Of a DNA stretch of 64,000 nucleotides, positions 36,860-46,362 are shown in pieces (within the stretch, counting starts at the first letter, position 1; the number at the start of each line of letters is the position of its first letter). The stretch comes from a virus (taxonomy: Duplodnaviria > Caudoviricetes), in the IMG/VR virus record IMGVR_UViG_3300018405_000014, positions 32,001-96,000 of that record, one strand, 5' to 3'. The translations under genes were made by a program, and so were the position numbers. The notes under the pieces are model-generated. The model was not told the origin of the DNA and did not search any database. It was given only the letters and a program-made list of their open reading frames with translations.

Positions 36860-38977
36860 ATGACTGCTGTCGCTGCCAAATGTACCGAGAACATGACTAC
36901 GGATGTCCCGCTTCAGGCTCCCTCTCTGGACATTTGGGAATCGAAATACCGTCTTCGCGACCGTCACGGCGCTCCGGTAGATGCCAACATTGATTCCACC
37001 TGGCTCCGCGTGGCCAAAGCCCTGTCCTCCGTCGAGAAAGACCCCGAGCATTGGGAAAAGCGTTTCCTCTGGGCACTGCACAACGGCGCCATCCCAGCAG
37101 GCCGCGTAACCTCCAACGCCGGTGCTGGTTTCCACAAGCCTGCGGTATCTCTGATCAACTGCACCGTGTCGCAGACCGTCCGCGACTCGATGCGCAACAT
37201 CCTCGCCGCTGTCTCCGATGCAGGCATTACCCTGAAAGCCGGTTGCGGTATTGGCTACGCCTTCTCGACCATTCGTCCGAAGGGTGCCTACGTCCACGGT
37301 GCCGGTGCTGGCACTAACGGCCCACTGGCCTTCATGGATATCTTCGACAAGATGTGCTTTACCGTAGCATCTGCAGGCGGCCGTCGTGGTGCGCAGATGG
37401 GTACGTTCGATGTGTCTCACCCGGATGTCGAATCCTTCATCACTGCCAAGCGTGAAGATGGTCGTCTGCGTCAGTTCAACCTGAGCCTGCTGATCACCGA
37501 TGAATTCATCGAAGCGGTGAAAGCTGATGCCGAGTGGGATCTGTATTTCCCGGTCACCAACAAACTCGCCATTAACGATCTGCGGACCGAAGACCTGATC
37601 TGGCGTGACTGGCCCGTCATCGAAGACGAGTACACCGTCAATGACCAAGGCCTGGTTGCCTGTGAGATCTACAGCCGCGTGCGTGCCAAGCGCCTGTGGG
37701 ACCTCATCATGAAGTCCACCTACGACTTCGCTGAGCCGGGCTTCATCTTGATTGACGCCGTCAACCGGATGAACAACAACTGGTGGTGTGAAGTCATCCA
37801 GGCTACCAACCCTTGCGGTGAGCAGCCACTGCCTCCGGAAGGTGCTTGCCTGTTGGGTTCGATCAACCTGACCAAGTTCGTCATCAATCCCTTTACCCCT
37901 GAAGCACGCTTCGACTGGGATCGTTACCGCGAAGTGGTGTCGGTGTTCACCCGTATGCTGGACAACGTCGTCGAGCTGAATGGCCTGCCGCTGGAAAATC
38001 AGCGTAAGGAAATCATCCGCAAGCGCCGTCACGGTATGGGTTATCTGGGCCTGGGTTCCACCATGACCATGTTGGGTATGGTCTACGGCGATGAATCCTC
38101 CGTGGAGTTCACTGAGAAGGTGACCATGGAACTGGCCGTTCAAGGCTGGCGTGATGCATTGGCACTGGCTAAAGAGAAGGGCCCTGCCCCGATCATGGAT
38201 GAAGTCTTCGCCCTGACAGCCCGCCACCTGCGCCTGCGTCCTCAGCTGGTTGAAGACGGCTACAAGGTTGGTGATGAAGTTCCAGGTCGTATCCTGCATG
38301 CCAAGTACAGCCACTACATGAGCAAGATCGCACAGGTCGAGCCTGAACTGGTAGCTGAACTGGCTGAAGTGGGCGCACGCTTCACACACCACAGCTCTAT
38401 TGCACCGACCGGTACTATCTCGTTGTCGCTGGGTAACAATGCCTCCAACGGCATCGAGCCGTCGTTCTCCCACAGCTACATGCGCAACGTGATTGTTCCA
38501 GGCAAGAAGACCAAGGAACAGGTTGAGGTGGTGTCCTTTGAATTGGCGGCCTACCGTCACTTCATCAACCCAGAAGCCAAAGAAGGTGACCTGCCTGCTT
38601 GCTTCGCTACGGCTGACACCATCAGTCCCGAGCAGCACGTGCTGGTTCAAGCTGCTGCGCAGCGCTGGATCGATTCGTCGATCTCCAAGACCGTGAACGT
38701 CCCGACGGACTTCCCGTTCGACCGCTTCCAGAATCTGTACATGGATGCATACGAGCAAGGTCTGAAGGGCTGCACTACCTTCCGTTTCAACCCAGAAGCC
38801 TTCCAAGGCGTCCTGGTACGTAAGGAAGACCTGGACAACACCGTCTACGTCTTCGAGCTGGAAAATGGTGAGACCATCGAATTGCCCGGTAGTGAGAAAG
38901 TCATCTACCAGGGCGAAGAGCACGTAGCGGCCAACCTCTTTGACGGGATCAAGGAAGGAACCTACGGTAAGTGGTGA
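36860..38977 (+). CDS. nrdJa: Class II (adenosylcobalamin-dependent) ribonucleotide reductase, large subunit
   Basis: PAGRVTSNAG, SLINCTVS, GGRRGAQM, ATNPCGEQPL, IAPTGTISL, SSISKTVNVP, LKGCTTFR. Confidence 0.92.
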   Translation: MTAVAAKCTENMTTDVPLQAPSLDIWESKYRLRDRHGAPVDANIDSTWLRVAKALSSVEKDPEHWEKRFLWALHNGAIPAGRVTSNAGAGFHKPAVSLINCTVSQTVRDSMRNILAAVSDAGITLKAGCGIGYAFSTIRPKGAYVHGAGAGTNGPLAFMDIFDKMCFTVASAGGRRGAQMGTFDVSHPDVESFITAKREDGRLRQFNLSLLITDEFIEAVKADAEWDLYFPVTNKLAINDLRTEDLIWRDWPVIEDEYTVNDQGLVACEIYSRVRAKRLWDLIMKSTYDFAEPGFILIDAVNRMNNNWWCEVIQATNPCGEQPLPPEGACLLGSINLTKFVINPFTPEARFDWDRYREVVSVFTRMLDNVVELNGLPLENQRKEIIRKRRHGMGYLGLGSTMTMLGMVYGDESSVEFTEKVTMELAVQGWRDALALAKEKGPAPIMDEVFALTARHLRLRPQLVEDGYKVGDEVPGRILHAKYSHYMSKIAQVEPELVAELAEVGARFTHHSSIAPTGTISLSLGNNASNGIEPSFSHSYMRNVIVPGKKTKEQVEVVSFELAAYRHFINPEAKEGDLPACFATADTISPEQHVLVQAAAQRWIDSSISKTVNVPTDFPFDRFQNLYMDAYEQGLKGCTTFRFNPEAFQGVLVRKEDLDNTVYVFELENGETIELPGSEKVIYQGEEHVAANLFDGIKEGTYGKW

Positions 38978-39052
38978 TACCCCAGACCTGGGACCGAGTC
39001 CCAGGTCATTCCACACCCCACATCCCATTCACGCGTTATGGAACAAAATAGC

Positions 39053-39799
39053 ATGGCCATCGAAATAACCTCCAAGATCGTTGCGGTACGTCTCAAGAAA
39101 GAGCAAACCAACGATCCGATTGCACCTGTCGCCTCAACAGTTGATGAAAACCCGCTGACCCTGCGAATCGAATCGCGCCCCCAAGGGGCTCTGCAGGCCA
39201 TCTCCGAGAAGATTGTCTACGTCAGCAGTGAAGGCAAGAAGAAAGTCTACGTACTGGTGTCGTTCATGCCAGTCACCGGTATGGTCAACGGTAAAGAAGT
39301 CACCATCGAGCGTCCGGTGGAATTCTTCATTCCGAGCGGCCAGCTCTCCAGTGAACACCAGTGGATCACAGCCAGCATGCGCAGCCTTTCCCTAGCTGCT
39401 AGGGGTGGGTACATCACACAAGCCCTGCAAGACCTGCGTAAGGTCACCTGGGACAAGGGTGTGGTTCGCTGTGGCATGAACAAGTGGAATAAGCCTCAGT
39501 TCCACGACTCTGAAGTCGCGGCTATTGCCTGGTCCATCCAGCAGATCCTCATGCATCGCGGTTTTCTGGATGACGAGGGTAACCAGGTCTCGGTGGAAAA
39601 ACTGGCCAGCCAGATGAACACCCGTCACCTGAGCGCCCCGGTTACGGTTGACGAGAAGGTCAATGAAGAAGTCGCTGTGACGGACACTGGTCTTAAAGTC
39701 AATAGCGTCGGCACATGCCCCACCTGCACCGGTAGCCTGGTCCTGATGGACGGTTGTCCGACGTGTGTGGAAGGATGTGGTTACTCCAAGTGCGGTTAA
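39053..39799 (+). CDS. nrdJb: NrdJb (TSCPD domain + Zn ribbon)
   Basis: ITSKIV, RPVEFFI, SLAARGG, C-terminal CPTC...DGCPTCVEGCGYSKCG; follows nrdJa. Confidence 0.85.
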   Translation: MAIEITSKIVAVRLKKEQTNDPIAPVASTVDENPLTLRIESRPQGALQAISEKIVYVSSEGKKKVYVLVSFMPVTGMVNGKEVTIERPVEFFIPSGQLSSEHQWITASMRSLSLAARGGYITQALQDLRKVTWDKGVVRCGMNKWNKPQFHDSEVAAIAWSIQQILMHRGFLDDEGNQVSVEKLASQMNTRHLSAPVTVDEKVNEEVAVTDTGLKVNSVGTCPTCTGSLVLMDGCPTCVEGCGYSKCG

Positions 39800-39812
39800 C
39801 CGGGTACTTACC

Positions 39813-40031
39813 ATGGAAGATCGTGCGCGGCTCCTAAACCAGATCCAGCGACAAACCAGTACACATAACTGCCCGGCTTGCAGTGGGCCTGCGTACTGTG
39901 CTATCGAAGATGGTAAATCAGGTAACCTGTGCTGGTGCATGGACGTCAAAGCGGTCAACATCGCTGAAACCGACCAGTGCATGTGCAAGAACTGCCTGAA
40001 GGCTGAGACAACCCTGTTCAGCCCTACGTAG
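39813..40031 (+). CDS. Cysteine-rich CWC-family small protein
   Basis: CPACSGPAYC...CWCM...CMCKNCL. Confidence 0.7.
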   Translation: MEDRARLLNQIQRQTSTHNCPACSGPAYCAIEDGKSGNLCWCMDVKAVNIAETDQCMCKNCLKAETTLFSPT

Positions 40032-40045
40032 GTAATCCGAACCAA

Positions 40046-40083
40046 CATACGTGGCCAGACGGTACCCCGTCTGGCCACTATGT
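40046..40083. terminator. Hairpin after nrdJ operon
   Basis: cata-c-gtggccagacgg / ccgtctggccac-tatg. Confidence 0.7.
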
Positions 40084-40142
40084 CCGCAATCCTATGTACA
40101 GTCATTTAAACTGTGCTTCATCTCTTGAAGAGGAAAATATAC

Positions 40143-41276
40143 ATGACCAGCACGTTTGTCGACAAGTCTGGGCGTGGCGTCCTGCTGGCTGCCCTAAATA
40201 AGGCAGCGGCTACTAAGGGTTATTCTTTTGCTCCGACTGATCTGAATTTCGGTCCAGTGGAAGCATCGAGCAACCCGGTACGCCAGAACCAAGTCATCTA
40301 CACCGCAGCCGCTGACAGTCAGTACGAAGGCAGCCAGGTTGCTTACTACAACCGCCTTGACCTGACGCAGCTGTTCGTCAATGCAGGCATTGTTAATGTC
40401 GAGCTCACCCAGGGCGCCGTCACCACCGGTGATGTTGTGGCTGCTCTGAATGCCCGTTTCGGTCTCGGCTTCAGTGCCGAAGACATCGATTTCAATGTTG
40501 CAGTCGATCCGGCTGCCACCTCTGTGATTCTGCAGGCCCTGGAAGGCTCCTACGGCTTCCAAGGTCAGCTGGAAATCCAGTTGGTGGAGGGTAGCGTCCC
40601 TTTAGCTGAAGTCGTCGTGGACCCGGTTCTCGACGGCCCTGAATACCCCGCTCCTGTTCCAGCGTATATTATCGATCCGGTGATCGTGACTGGTGAACTG
40701 ACCCTCAAAGGTCAGAAGGCTGATGGCACCATGCTCAATGGCACTGGCAACCCATCGACCGAATTCACTGTCGCCACTAACGGTGAACTGGAACTGGCTG
40801 TCGGTGCCCGTATCTGGAAGTCGGCTGTCCTGCCGGTACCGGAGGCTGGCCATTACAACATCGAGATCGCTGAAAACAGCGATTGGAACTGGCCGTTCTC
40901 GGTGGCCCTGCTCAGCGAGAGCCGTCCGGTCACCGACCTGTACGATGTCGTCCTGTCGATCACGTCGCTTGAGACGGGTGTCGCCCTCCCATTCCAACTG
41001 GTTCGTGATGCTGAAGGCGTAATGCACTTCATCAACGAACAGCACGGGTTGGACATTTCCGACAGCGTAGTGACTGCCTCCGGTGATGTTGTGCAGAACA
41101 TTCAGCGGGCTACCTTCTACAAGGCCCAGCTGGGTGAGATGACCACTAACACCCTGGGATCACCGATCGGTGACTTCCTGATCAGTCTGAATGCCGTTCG
41201 GCGTGAAGGCCTGGTACAGCCGCTGCAGGTCGAGATCAGCGTTAGCGTATCCGTGCCTGGTTCTGAGCCGGTATAA
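40143..41276 (+). CDS. Virion structural protein (baseplate/fibre paralogue)
   Basis: YNRLDLTQLF, SYGFQGQLEI motifs shared with 17590 and 18579 genes; GAGGA SD. Confidence 0.7.
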   Translation: MTSTFVDKSGRGVLLAALNKAAATKGYSFAPTDLNFGPVEASSNPVRQNQVIYTAAADSQYEGSQVAYYNRLDLTQLFVNAGIVNVELTQGAVTTGDVVAALNARFGLGFSAEDIDFNVAVDPAATSVILQALEGSYGFQGQLEIQLVEGSVPLAEVVVDPVLDGPEYPAPVPAYIIDPVIVTGELTLKGQKADGTMLNGTGNPSTEFTVATNGELELAVGARIWKSAVLPVPEAGHYNIEIAENSDWNWPFSVALLSESRPVTDLYDVVLSITSLETGVALPFQLVRDAEGVMHFINEQHGLDISDSVVTASGDVVQNIQRATFYKAQLGEMTTNTLGSPIGDFLISLNAVRREGLVQPLQVEISVSVSVPGSEPV

Positions 41277-41298
41277 TTTGCCGAAGTGAGGAAGCGTC

Positions 41299-41775
41299 AT
41301 GGCCGATAACGTCCCGCAGGTGGTAACGATCGCCCAACTTCCTCCTCTCGAACCTGATCTGCTCTCAGGTGATGACAGCATTGAGATAACCATCAGCACC
41401 CGTGCTGATGGTGGTGCCGGGATGCCCAAACGGACTTACCGCACCACTCTCAATGCTGTCTTGTCGATCTACGCCAAGCGCAGGGATAACCCTAACCAGG
41501 TTACCGCTGAGCAAGTCGGCAGCTACACCATCGAACAGATCAAGGCTCTCCTTGAGGAGAAGCTGGGCGTAACAGATATTGCCGTCAATTCTATGAGACT
41601 TGACGGTAGAACTCGGCAAGAGATTGTCGAGGAAGCAAGACAAGGCACGGCTTCGAACTCGGAAAACCTGGCGGGGCGTCCGGCAACTGACTACCTTCTG
41701 GTCGATGAGTTTGAACATGCGTTGGTGGAAGTAACGAAAAGCATCGATGAGCTCACTGATCTCATCACCATTTAA
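41299..41775 (+). CDS. Tail fibre-associated protein
   Basis: RRDNPNQVTAEQVGSY and AVNSMRLDG motifs shared with other fibre genes. Confidence 0.7.
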   Translation: MADNVPQVVTIAQLPPLEPDLLSGDDSIEITISTRADGGAGMPKRTYRTTLNAVLSIYAKRRDNPNQVTAEQVGSYTIEQIKALLEEKLGVTDIAVNSMRLDGRTRQEIVEEARQGTASNSENLAGRPATDYLLVDEFEHALVEVTKSIDELTDLITI

Positions 41776-41796
41776 GACTTACCGTAAAGGTGAAAT

Positions 41797-43248
41797 ATGT
41801 CACTCGATCCTACCAAGTTGGCTCTACTGCTGGCTTCTCTTTCCAACTTCAGCACCACCATCAAGGGTCGTCTTGATGCCAAGCTGAACGCCATCGACAC
41901 TGCGGTCAACTCCGCGAAGCTCGAAGGCAAAACCCTGGCTGAGATCCAGTCGCTGATCGGCGACGACATCAATGCCGCTCTGGCCATCCTGGAAGCTGAC
42001 TTCGCTGCGTTCGTCGCCCGTCGCGACAACCCGCATCAGGTTACCGCCGAACAGGTCGGTCTGGGTCTGGTCGCCAACTACGCACCGGCTACTCTGGTAG
42101 AAGCCGCTGCTGGTCTGGCTTCCGACAAGTACATGACTCCGGCTGCCTCCAAGGCACTGCTGGACGCGTTCTGGGCCGACGTAGCAGGTACTGCTCCCGA
42201 AACCCTGAACACCATCAACGAACTGGCAGCCGCGCTGCAGAACAACCCTGACGTCATCGCTGCTCTGCAGACCCTGATCGACGCCAACGCCGCTGCGATC
42301 GCCGCCGTCTCCACTCGTGTGGATGCGCTGGACGTTCACGCTGGCAAGACCTACGTCGAAGTCGGTGCCAACGTCGACACCAACACCCTCACCGTCGGTG
42401 AAGGCGTTGGTGCTCAGCAGGTCACTCTGGCCACCGTTCTGGCCGGCCTGAAGAGCGACATCGCTGCTGGTCAAGCTGCTCAGGTAGCCGAAGCCACTGC
42501 TCGTACCGATGCAGATGCTGCCCTGCAGACTGCCCTGGACGCCGAAGTCGTCGCTCGTGGCGACGCCGACACTGCCCTGGACACCAAGTTCACTGCCCTG
42601 ACCGACGGTCTGGAACTGAACAAGGTCGACAAAGGCGGCAACATCGGCTCCAACACCCTGACCCAGGGTGTAGGCGAACTGGCTGCCGAGGTTACCCTCG
42701 ACACGCTGGTTGCTCAACTGCAAGCTGCCAACGCTGGCGACGCAGCTGCCATCCAGGCCCTGCAGGATTCCTTCAACGCATTCGTAGCCGCCAAGGCCAC
42801 CAGCGCTGAAGTGATTGCCGGTATCGATGACGCCAAGTACGTCACCTCCCTGGGCGCCAAAGCAGCCATCGACGCTGCCGTAGCTGCTCTGGTTGGCGCC
42901 GCTCCTGAAACCCTGAACACCATCAACGAGCTGGCCACTGCTCTGCAGAACAACCCGGATGTGATCACTGCTCTGCAGGGTCTGGTTGCTCAGAACGCTC
43001 AGGCCATCGTTGACCTGAGTGCTGTGGTTGACACCAAGCTGAACATCCTCGACAAGGCCACTTCGGCTGACGTCCAGGCTGGTATCGATGATGTCAAGTA
43101 CGTGACCTCGGCTGCACTGAAGCCTAGCTTCGATGCACAGGCTCAGGCCATTGCTGGCAACACCGCGTCCATCGACGACCTGATGGCTCAGATGGCTGCA
43201 GCGTTCGACACTGCTGCTGCTGACCTGACTCCGGCTCCGGTTGTCTAA
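41797..43248 (+). CDS. Ala-rich coiled-coil tail fibre protein
   Basis: RRDNPHQVTAEQVGLG; two APETLNTINELAxALQNNPDVI repeats; two AGIDDxKYVTS repeats. Confidence 0.8.
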   Translation: MSLDPTKLALLLASLSNFSTTIKGRLDAKLNAIDTAVNSAKLEGKTLAEIQSLIGDDINAALAILEADFAAFVARRDNPHQVTAEQVGLGLVANYAPATLVEAAAGLASDKYMTPAASKALLDAFWADVAGTAPETLNTINELAAALQNNPDVIAALQTLIDANAAAIAAVSTRVDALDVHAGKTYVEVGANVDTNTLTVGEGVGAQQVTLATVLAGLKSDIAAGQAAQVAEATARTDADAALQTALDAEVVARGDADTALDTKFTALTDGLELNKVDKGGNIGSNTLTQGVGELAAEVTLDTLVAQLQAANAGDAAAIQALQDSFNAFVAAKATSAEVIAGIDDAKYVTSLGAKAAIDAAVAALVGAAPETLNTINELATALQNNPDVITALQGLVAQNAQAIVDLSAVVDTKLNILDKATSADVQAGIDDVKYVTSAALKPSFDAQAQAIAGNTASIDDLMAQMAAAFDTAAADLTPAPVV

Positions 43249-43260
43249 GTAATACCCGCG

Positions 43261-43298
43261 ACATAGACGGAGGGGCAGTGCCCCTCCGTCTTTATGTG
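43261..43298. terminator. Hairpin between convergent genes
   Basis: cat-agacggaggggca-g-tgcccctccgtct-ttatg. Confidence 0.75.
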
Positions 43299-43300
43299 CT

Positions 43301-43858
43301 TTACTGGAAATCTTCAATCGGTACGCCACGCACCTGACCCTCATCCGTTACCCGGATGATGCCTTCGTCTGTAATGCGTCGTACGGCTTCAGACCAGAAG
43401 ATGTGGATGGTCTTACGGCCGATGTAGATGTAGGATGTGTCTTTGGCAAAGATCTCGATCTCAAGGAACTGCGCCAGCGAATCGAAGGGGTGATCGATAT
43501 CCACATCGAATTCACCATCGACCAGGTTGAACTTACCGTCCAAGTAACGGATCAGGGCTTCCTTACCGTCAATCAGGGGTGCCTTGGCAGCGTCAATTTC
43601 AAAGACCGGGTAGTGAGTCTCGATGTCAGCACGGGCATAGTAAAGATCGACATCGCCTTTGACGGGGCCGTTAACCTTACCACTGACCTTAATGACAGTG
43701 TTGTCACCGTGTTCATCCGGTTCAATGGCACGTGGTACCCCCACATCCAGATCACGAGAACTCAAGCGGATGCGGTTGGTTCTGAAGATCAGGGCAAAGA
43801 GGTTCTCGAGCGCCGTTTTATCTGGGTCGAAGTGAAAGTCTTTCGTTTTACAAACCAT
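43301..43858 (-). CDS. Virion structural protein paralogue
   Basis: LYYARAD and SYIYIG motifs; C-terminal RITDEG repeats. Confidence 0.6.
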   Translation of the reverse strand: MVCKTKDFHFDPDKTALENLFALIFRTNRIRLSSRDLDVGVPRAIEPDEHGDNTVIKVSGKVNGPVKGDVDLYYARADIETHYPVFEIDAAKAPLIDGKEALIRYLDGKFNLVDGEFDVDIDHPFDSLAQFLEIEIFAKDTSYIYIGRKTIHIFWSEAVRRITDEGIIRVTDEGQVRGVPIEDFQ

Positions 43859-43890
43859 GACGACCTCTGATAGGCGTTAAAGGAGTGGGT

Positions 43891-44256
43891 TCATAGTATT
43901 TCACCCTTGTAATTCAGGTGGTACCCGTTGTCATCGGCTATCTGTCTCATGTATCGGATAAAGAGATGCCGGTGACAGAACTTACCTGCAGTGCAGTAAC
44001 AAGCCACAGCTAATGGACCCGTTCGCTCAAGGAAGCCCTGGAAGTCCTCAGGAGCCTCTCTAAAGCGCTCTGTAAGCTTCTTTAGGTAGATCTCGGTATA
44101 TTGGTCGTCTGTAACTTCACCGCGCTTGTATGCGTACAGGACGTCCTTGTAGGGAGCGAAGGGTTCAAAGCCTGATTTGACTGTGATGTCGAATAACTCA
44201 ATGCCTCTGTCGCGGGCTTTCCGCCACTGTGGTATCGCGATCGTATAAACGTCCAT
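43891..44256 (-). CDS. DUF488-like protein
   Basis: FAP, VACYCTAGKFCHRHL motif; GGAG SD. Confidence 0.6.
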   Translation of the reverse strand: MDVYTIAIPQWRKARDRGIELFDITVKSGFEPFAPYKDVLYAYKRGEVTDDQYTEIYLKKLTERFREAPEDFQGFLERTGPLAVACYCTAGKFCHRHLFIRYMRQIADDNGYHLNYKGEIL

Positions 44257-44275
44257 GCTCGTCTCCGAAGATTGT

Positions 44276-44298
44276 CATACCCTACCCTGGGTTATTTT
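44276..44298 (-). promoter_or_regulatory. Putative non-virion RNAP promoter
   Basis: AAAATAAC-N11-TATG, 20 nt upstream of the ATG. Confidence 0.45.
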
Positions 44299-44310
44299 GA
44301 AATCACAGCA

Positions 44311-44741
44311 AAACAAAAAAAGAAATAAAGTACTTCCCCCAGTGATCAGCCCAATCGTTCGAAAGGACGGATCACTGGAGGCTGCACTTTATGTCTGAAT
44401 CGGAGAAGGAGCGGACCCCAATCCAGACACCACAGGCAGGGAGAAAGCCGGAAAACCCCCCGACTGTGTTTCTTTGCAGCGGTGTGGAGCAACGACGCTC
44501 TACACACCATCGTTTACCACCTTCCCTTGGCCTGGAAGGCGGAACCACAATCACCTGAGCTATCACGACAAGTTCACTCAGGGCAACGAACAGGGACGTG
44601 AGGTGGGATTATCCCACCTCACGAAGGTGCACCACGACTAAGGGGGTAGTCAGGTACTGGGCTAGGGAAAAAGTACCCCAGCAGGCTCTACGCAGTGAAG
44701 CGCATCAGGTTGACCATGCTTTAAATGCATAGTCTGACATA
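44311..44741 (-). ncRNA. Candidate large structured ncRNA (~410 nt)
   Basis: ORF-free gap tiled by about 9 stems; G-U wobbles mostly favour minus strand; TATG at 44738-44741; terminal hairpin + U-tract at 44311-44392. Confidence 0.55.
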
Positions 44742-44771
44742 CTATACCGTAAAACAGTACAAGTATTTCAG

Positions 44772-46313
44772 TTACACCCCAAGGAGGATACCGAGTGAGA
44801 GAAGATTGGCTTGCCCATCACGCAGCGAGGCACCGATCCACGTCTGATAATGACGTGCCAATACTTCAGCAGCATGCGGGGTCATCAGGTCAGTGGAGAA
44901 CACGAAATCGACCGCTTGGTCGTTTTCAGCGATAGCCTGACCTTCGGGGGTGAGCATACCGTGATCGCCAAGGAAGCGAAGGATCTGTGTGTGGATACCA
45001 CGGACTTCGGCGGCTTGTTCGCCGTACGCTTCGGCATCCCAGACCATGGGTTCGACCAGAGATTCGTTGGAATTGGTTTCACCGTCTTCCTCCTCCTCTT
45101 CAAGGTCTTCGTCTTCTTCCTGCTCTTCGGATTCAGGCTCCTCTTCCTCTTCGACTTCGGTTTCAATAGCGTCTTCGTCGATCGTGTCGGCGTTGGCTAC
45201 TTCTTCCTCTTCGTTATCGAAGTCGTCACCTTCCTCTTCTTCCTCAGGGAGCTCTTCCTCCTCTTCGGGAAGCTCCTCTTCTTCGACTTCTTCAGGGAGT
45301 TCTTCTTCCTGCTCGTCGTCGAGGTCGGTTTCTTCCTCTTCTTCAGACGCCTCTTCAAGATCGGGGTCTTCTTCAAGAGGTGCTTCTTCCTCTTGTTCCT
45401 GATCATCCTCGTTCGGGACGAGTTCCATTTCGTCATCGGTCATGGAAGTGTCGTCCATAACATCGTTCTGCTCGTCGTCAGACTCGGACTCGTCGAGCGT
45501 TTCTTCTTGCTCTTCGTCGTCCTTGGGTTCAGCATCCGACTGGATGCTGTTGACAGAGGTGCCTTCCTCGAACTGGATACCGACCGGGTTGTCCTGGCGA
45601 TGCTTTTCGATCAGATCGCCCAGCTTGTCCGCTTCGTCGCTGCCGACAGCCTGAGCGTCTGCGCGAATGGCTTCAGCCTGCTCAAGCACAGACTCATGGG
45701 CCTTGGTCACCAACTGTTCGATGCGATCAACGGCATCGCTCATTTCACCGAGGACTTGCGTCTGTTCCAACGATTCCATCGACACACCGAGCTTGTCAGC
45801 ATACGAGCCAAAGCAGCGGGTGACGCTTTGAAGCAGAGGTGTGGCGGCCGCTACCGGGAAGGATTCCATCGATAGGACCGAGCGAATGGCACCAATGTAG
45901 TTACGATGGATAGCCAGCATCTCCATCGACAGGATCAGTTCTTCCTGCGAGGCGTGAGTGGCGCGTTCGCTGGTATGGAAAGCTACAGGTTCTTCTGCAT
46001 CGGCCTTGGCTTGCAGAGCGTCTTCGATCTGCTCGACTTCGGTCAGACGAGGGGTCAGGACATCCTGCATGATCAGCTCGACCCGGACCTGTGGTTCTTC
46101 AACACCGTCAACGGCTACGAGGTCCTGTTGGTGGTCTGCTTGCTCAAGAACATTCTCGGCCAACACCTGGAAGGCGGTTGCAGAGGCATCTTCCATCGAC
46201 GGACTGCTGAGCAGGGCACGCCCTACACTCATCAGGCTTTCCAGGCTGGTGCGGTAGTTCTGGGCTTCGTTAAGCATGACGGCTGCAGTCGGTTTGCTTG
46301 CGGTGTGGCTCAT
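44772..46313 (-). CDS. Highly acidic head/scaffold-like protein
   Basis: Five S(L/M)E sites in N-terminal half; ~160-residue Glu/Asp-rich tract. Confidence 0.7.
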   Translation of the reverse strand: MSHTASKPTAAVMLNEAQNYRTSLESLMSVGRALLSSPSMEDASATAFQVLAENVLEQADHQQDLVAVDGVEEPQVRVELIMQDVLTPRLTEVEQIEDALQAKADAEEPVAFHTSERATHASQEELILSMEMLAIHRNYIGAIRSVLSMESFPVAAATPLLQSVTRCFGSYADKLGVSMESLEQTQVLGEMSDAVDRIEQLVTKAHESVLEQAEAIRADAQAVGSDEADKLGDLIEKHRQDNPVGIQFEEGTSVNSIQSDAEPKDDEEQEETLDESESDDEQNDVMDDTSMTDDEMELVPNEDDQEQEEEAPLEEDPDLEEASEEEEETDLDDEQEEELPEEVEEEELPEEEEELPEEEEEGDDFDNEEEEVANADTIDEDAIETEVEEEEEPESEEQEEDEDLEEEEEDGETNSNESLVEPMVWDAEAYGEQAAEVRGIHTQILRFLGDHGMLTPEGQAIAENDQAVDFVFSTDLMTPHAAEVLARHYQTWIGASLRDGQANLLSLGILLGV

Positions 46314-46362
46314 TCTATGAATCCTCTTCCATTATACTCCTAGTTAAAAGGAATATTTTCAA

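Noticed and set aside
36758-39028. 756-aa minus-strand ORF antisense to nrdJa
   Set aside because: Mirror-frame artefact; the sense strand has all RNR motifs.
41824-43344. 506-aa antisense ORF over the Ala-rich fibre gene
   Set aside because: Mirror frame of biased codons; no independent signals.
44311-44745. tRNA, tmRNA or group I intron identity for the structured gap
   Set aside because: No T-loop/CCA end, tag reading frame or interrupted host gene could be seen; left as unassigned ncRNA.
44811-45875. Phe/Leu-rich and Ser-rich plus-strand ORFs
   Set aside because: Reverse-complement readings of GAA/GAG acidic codons.
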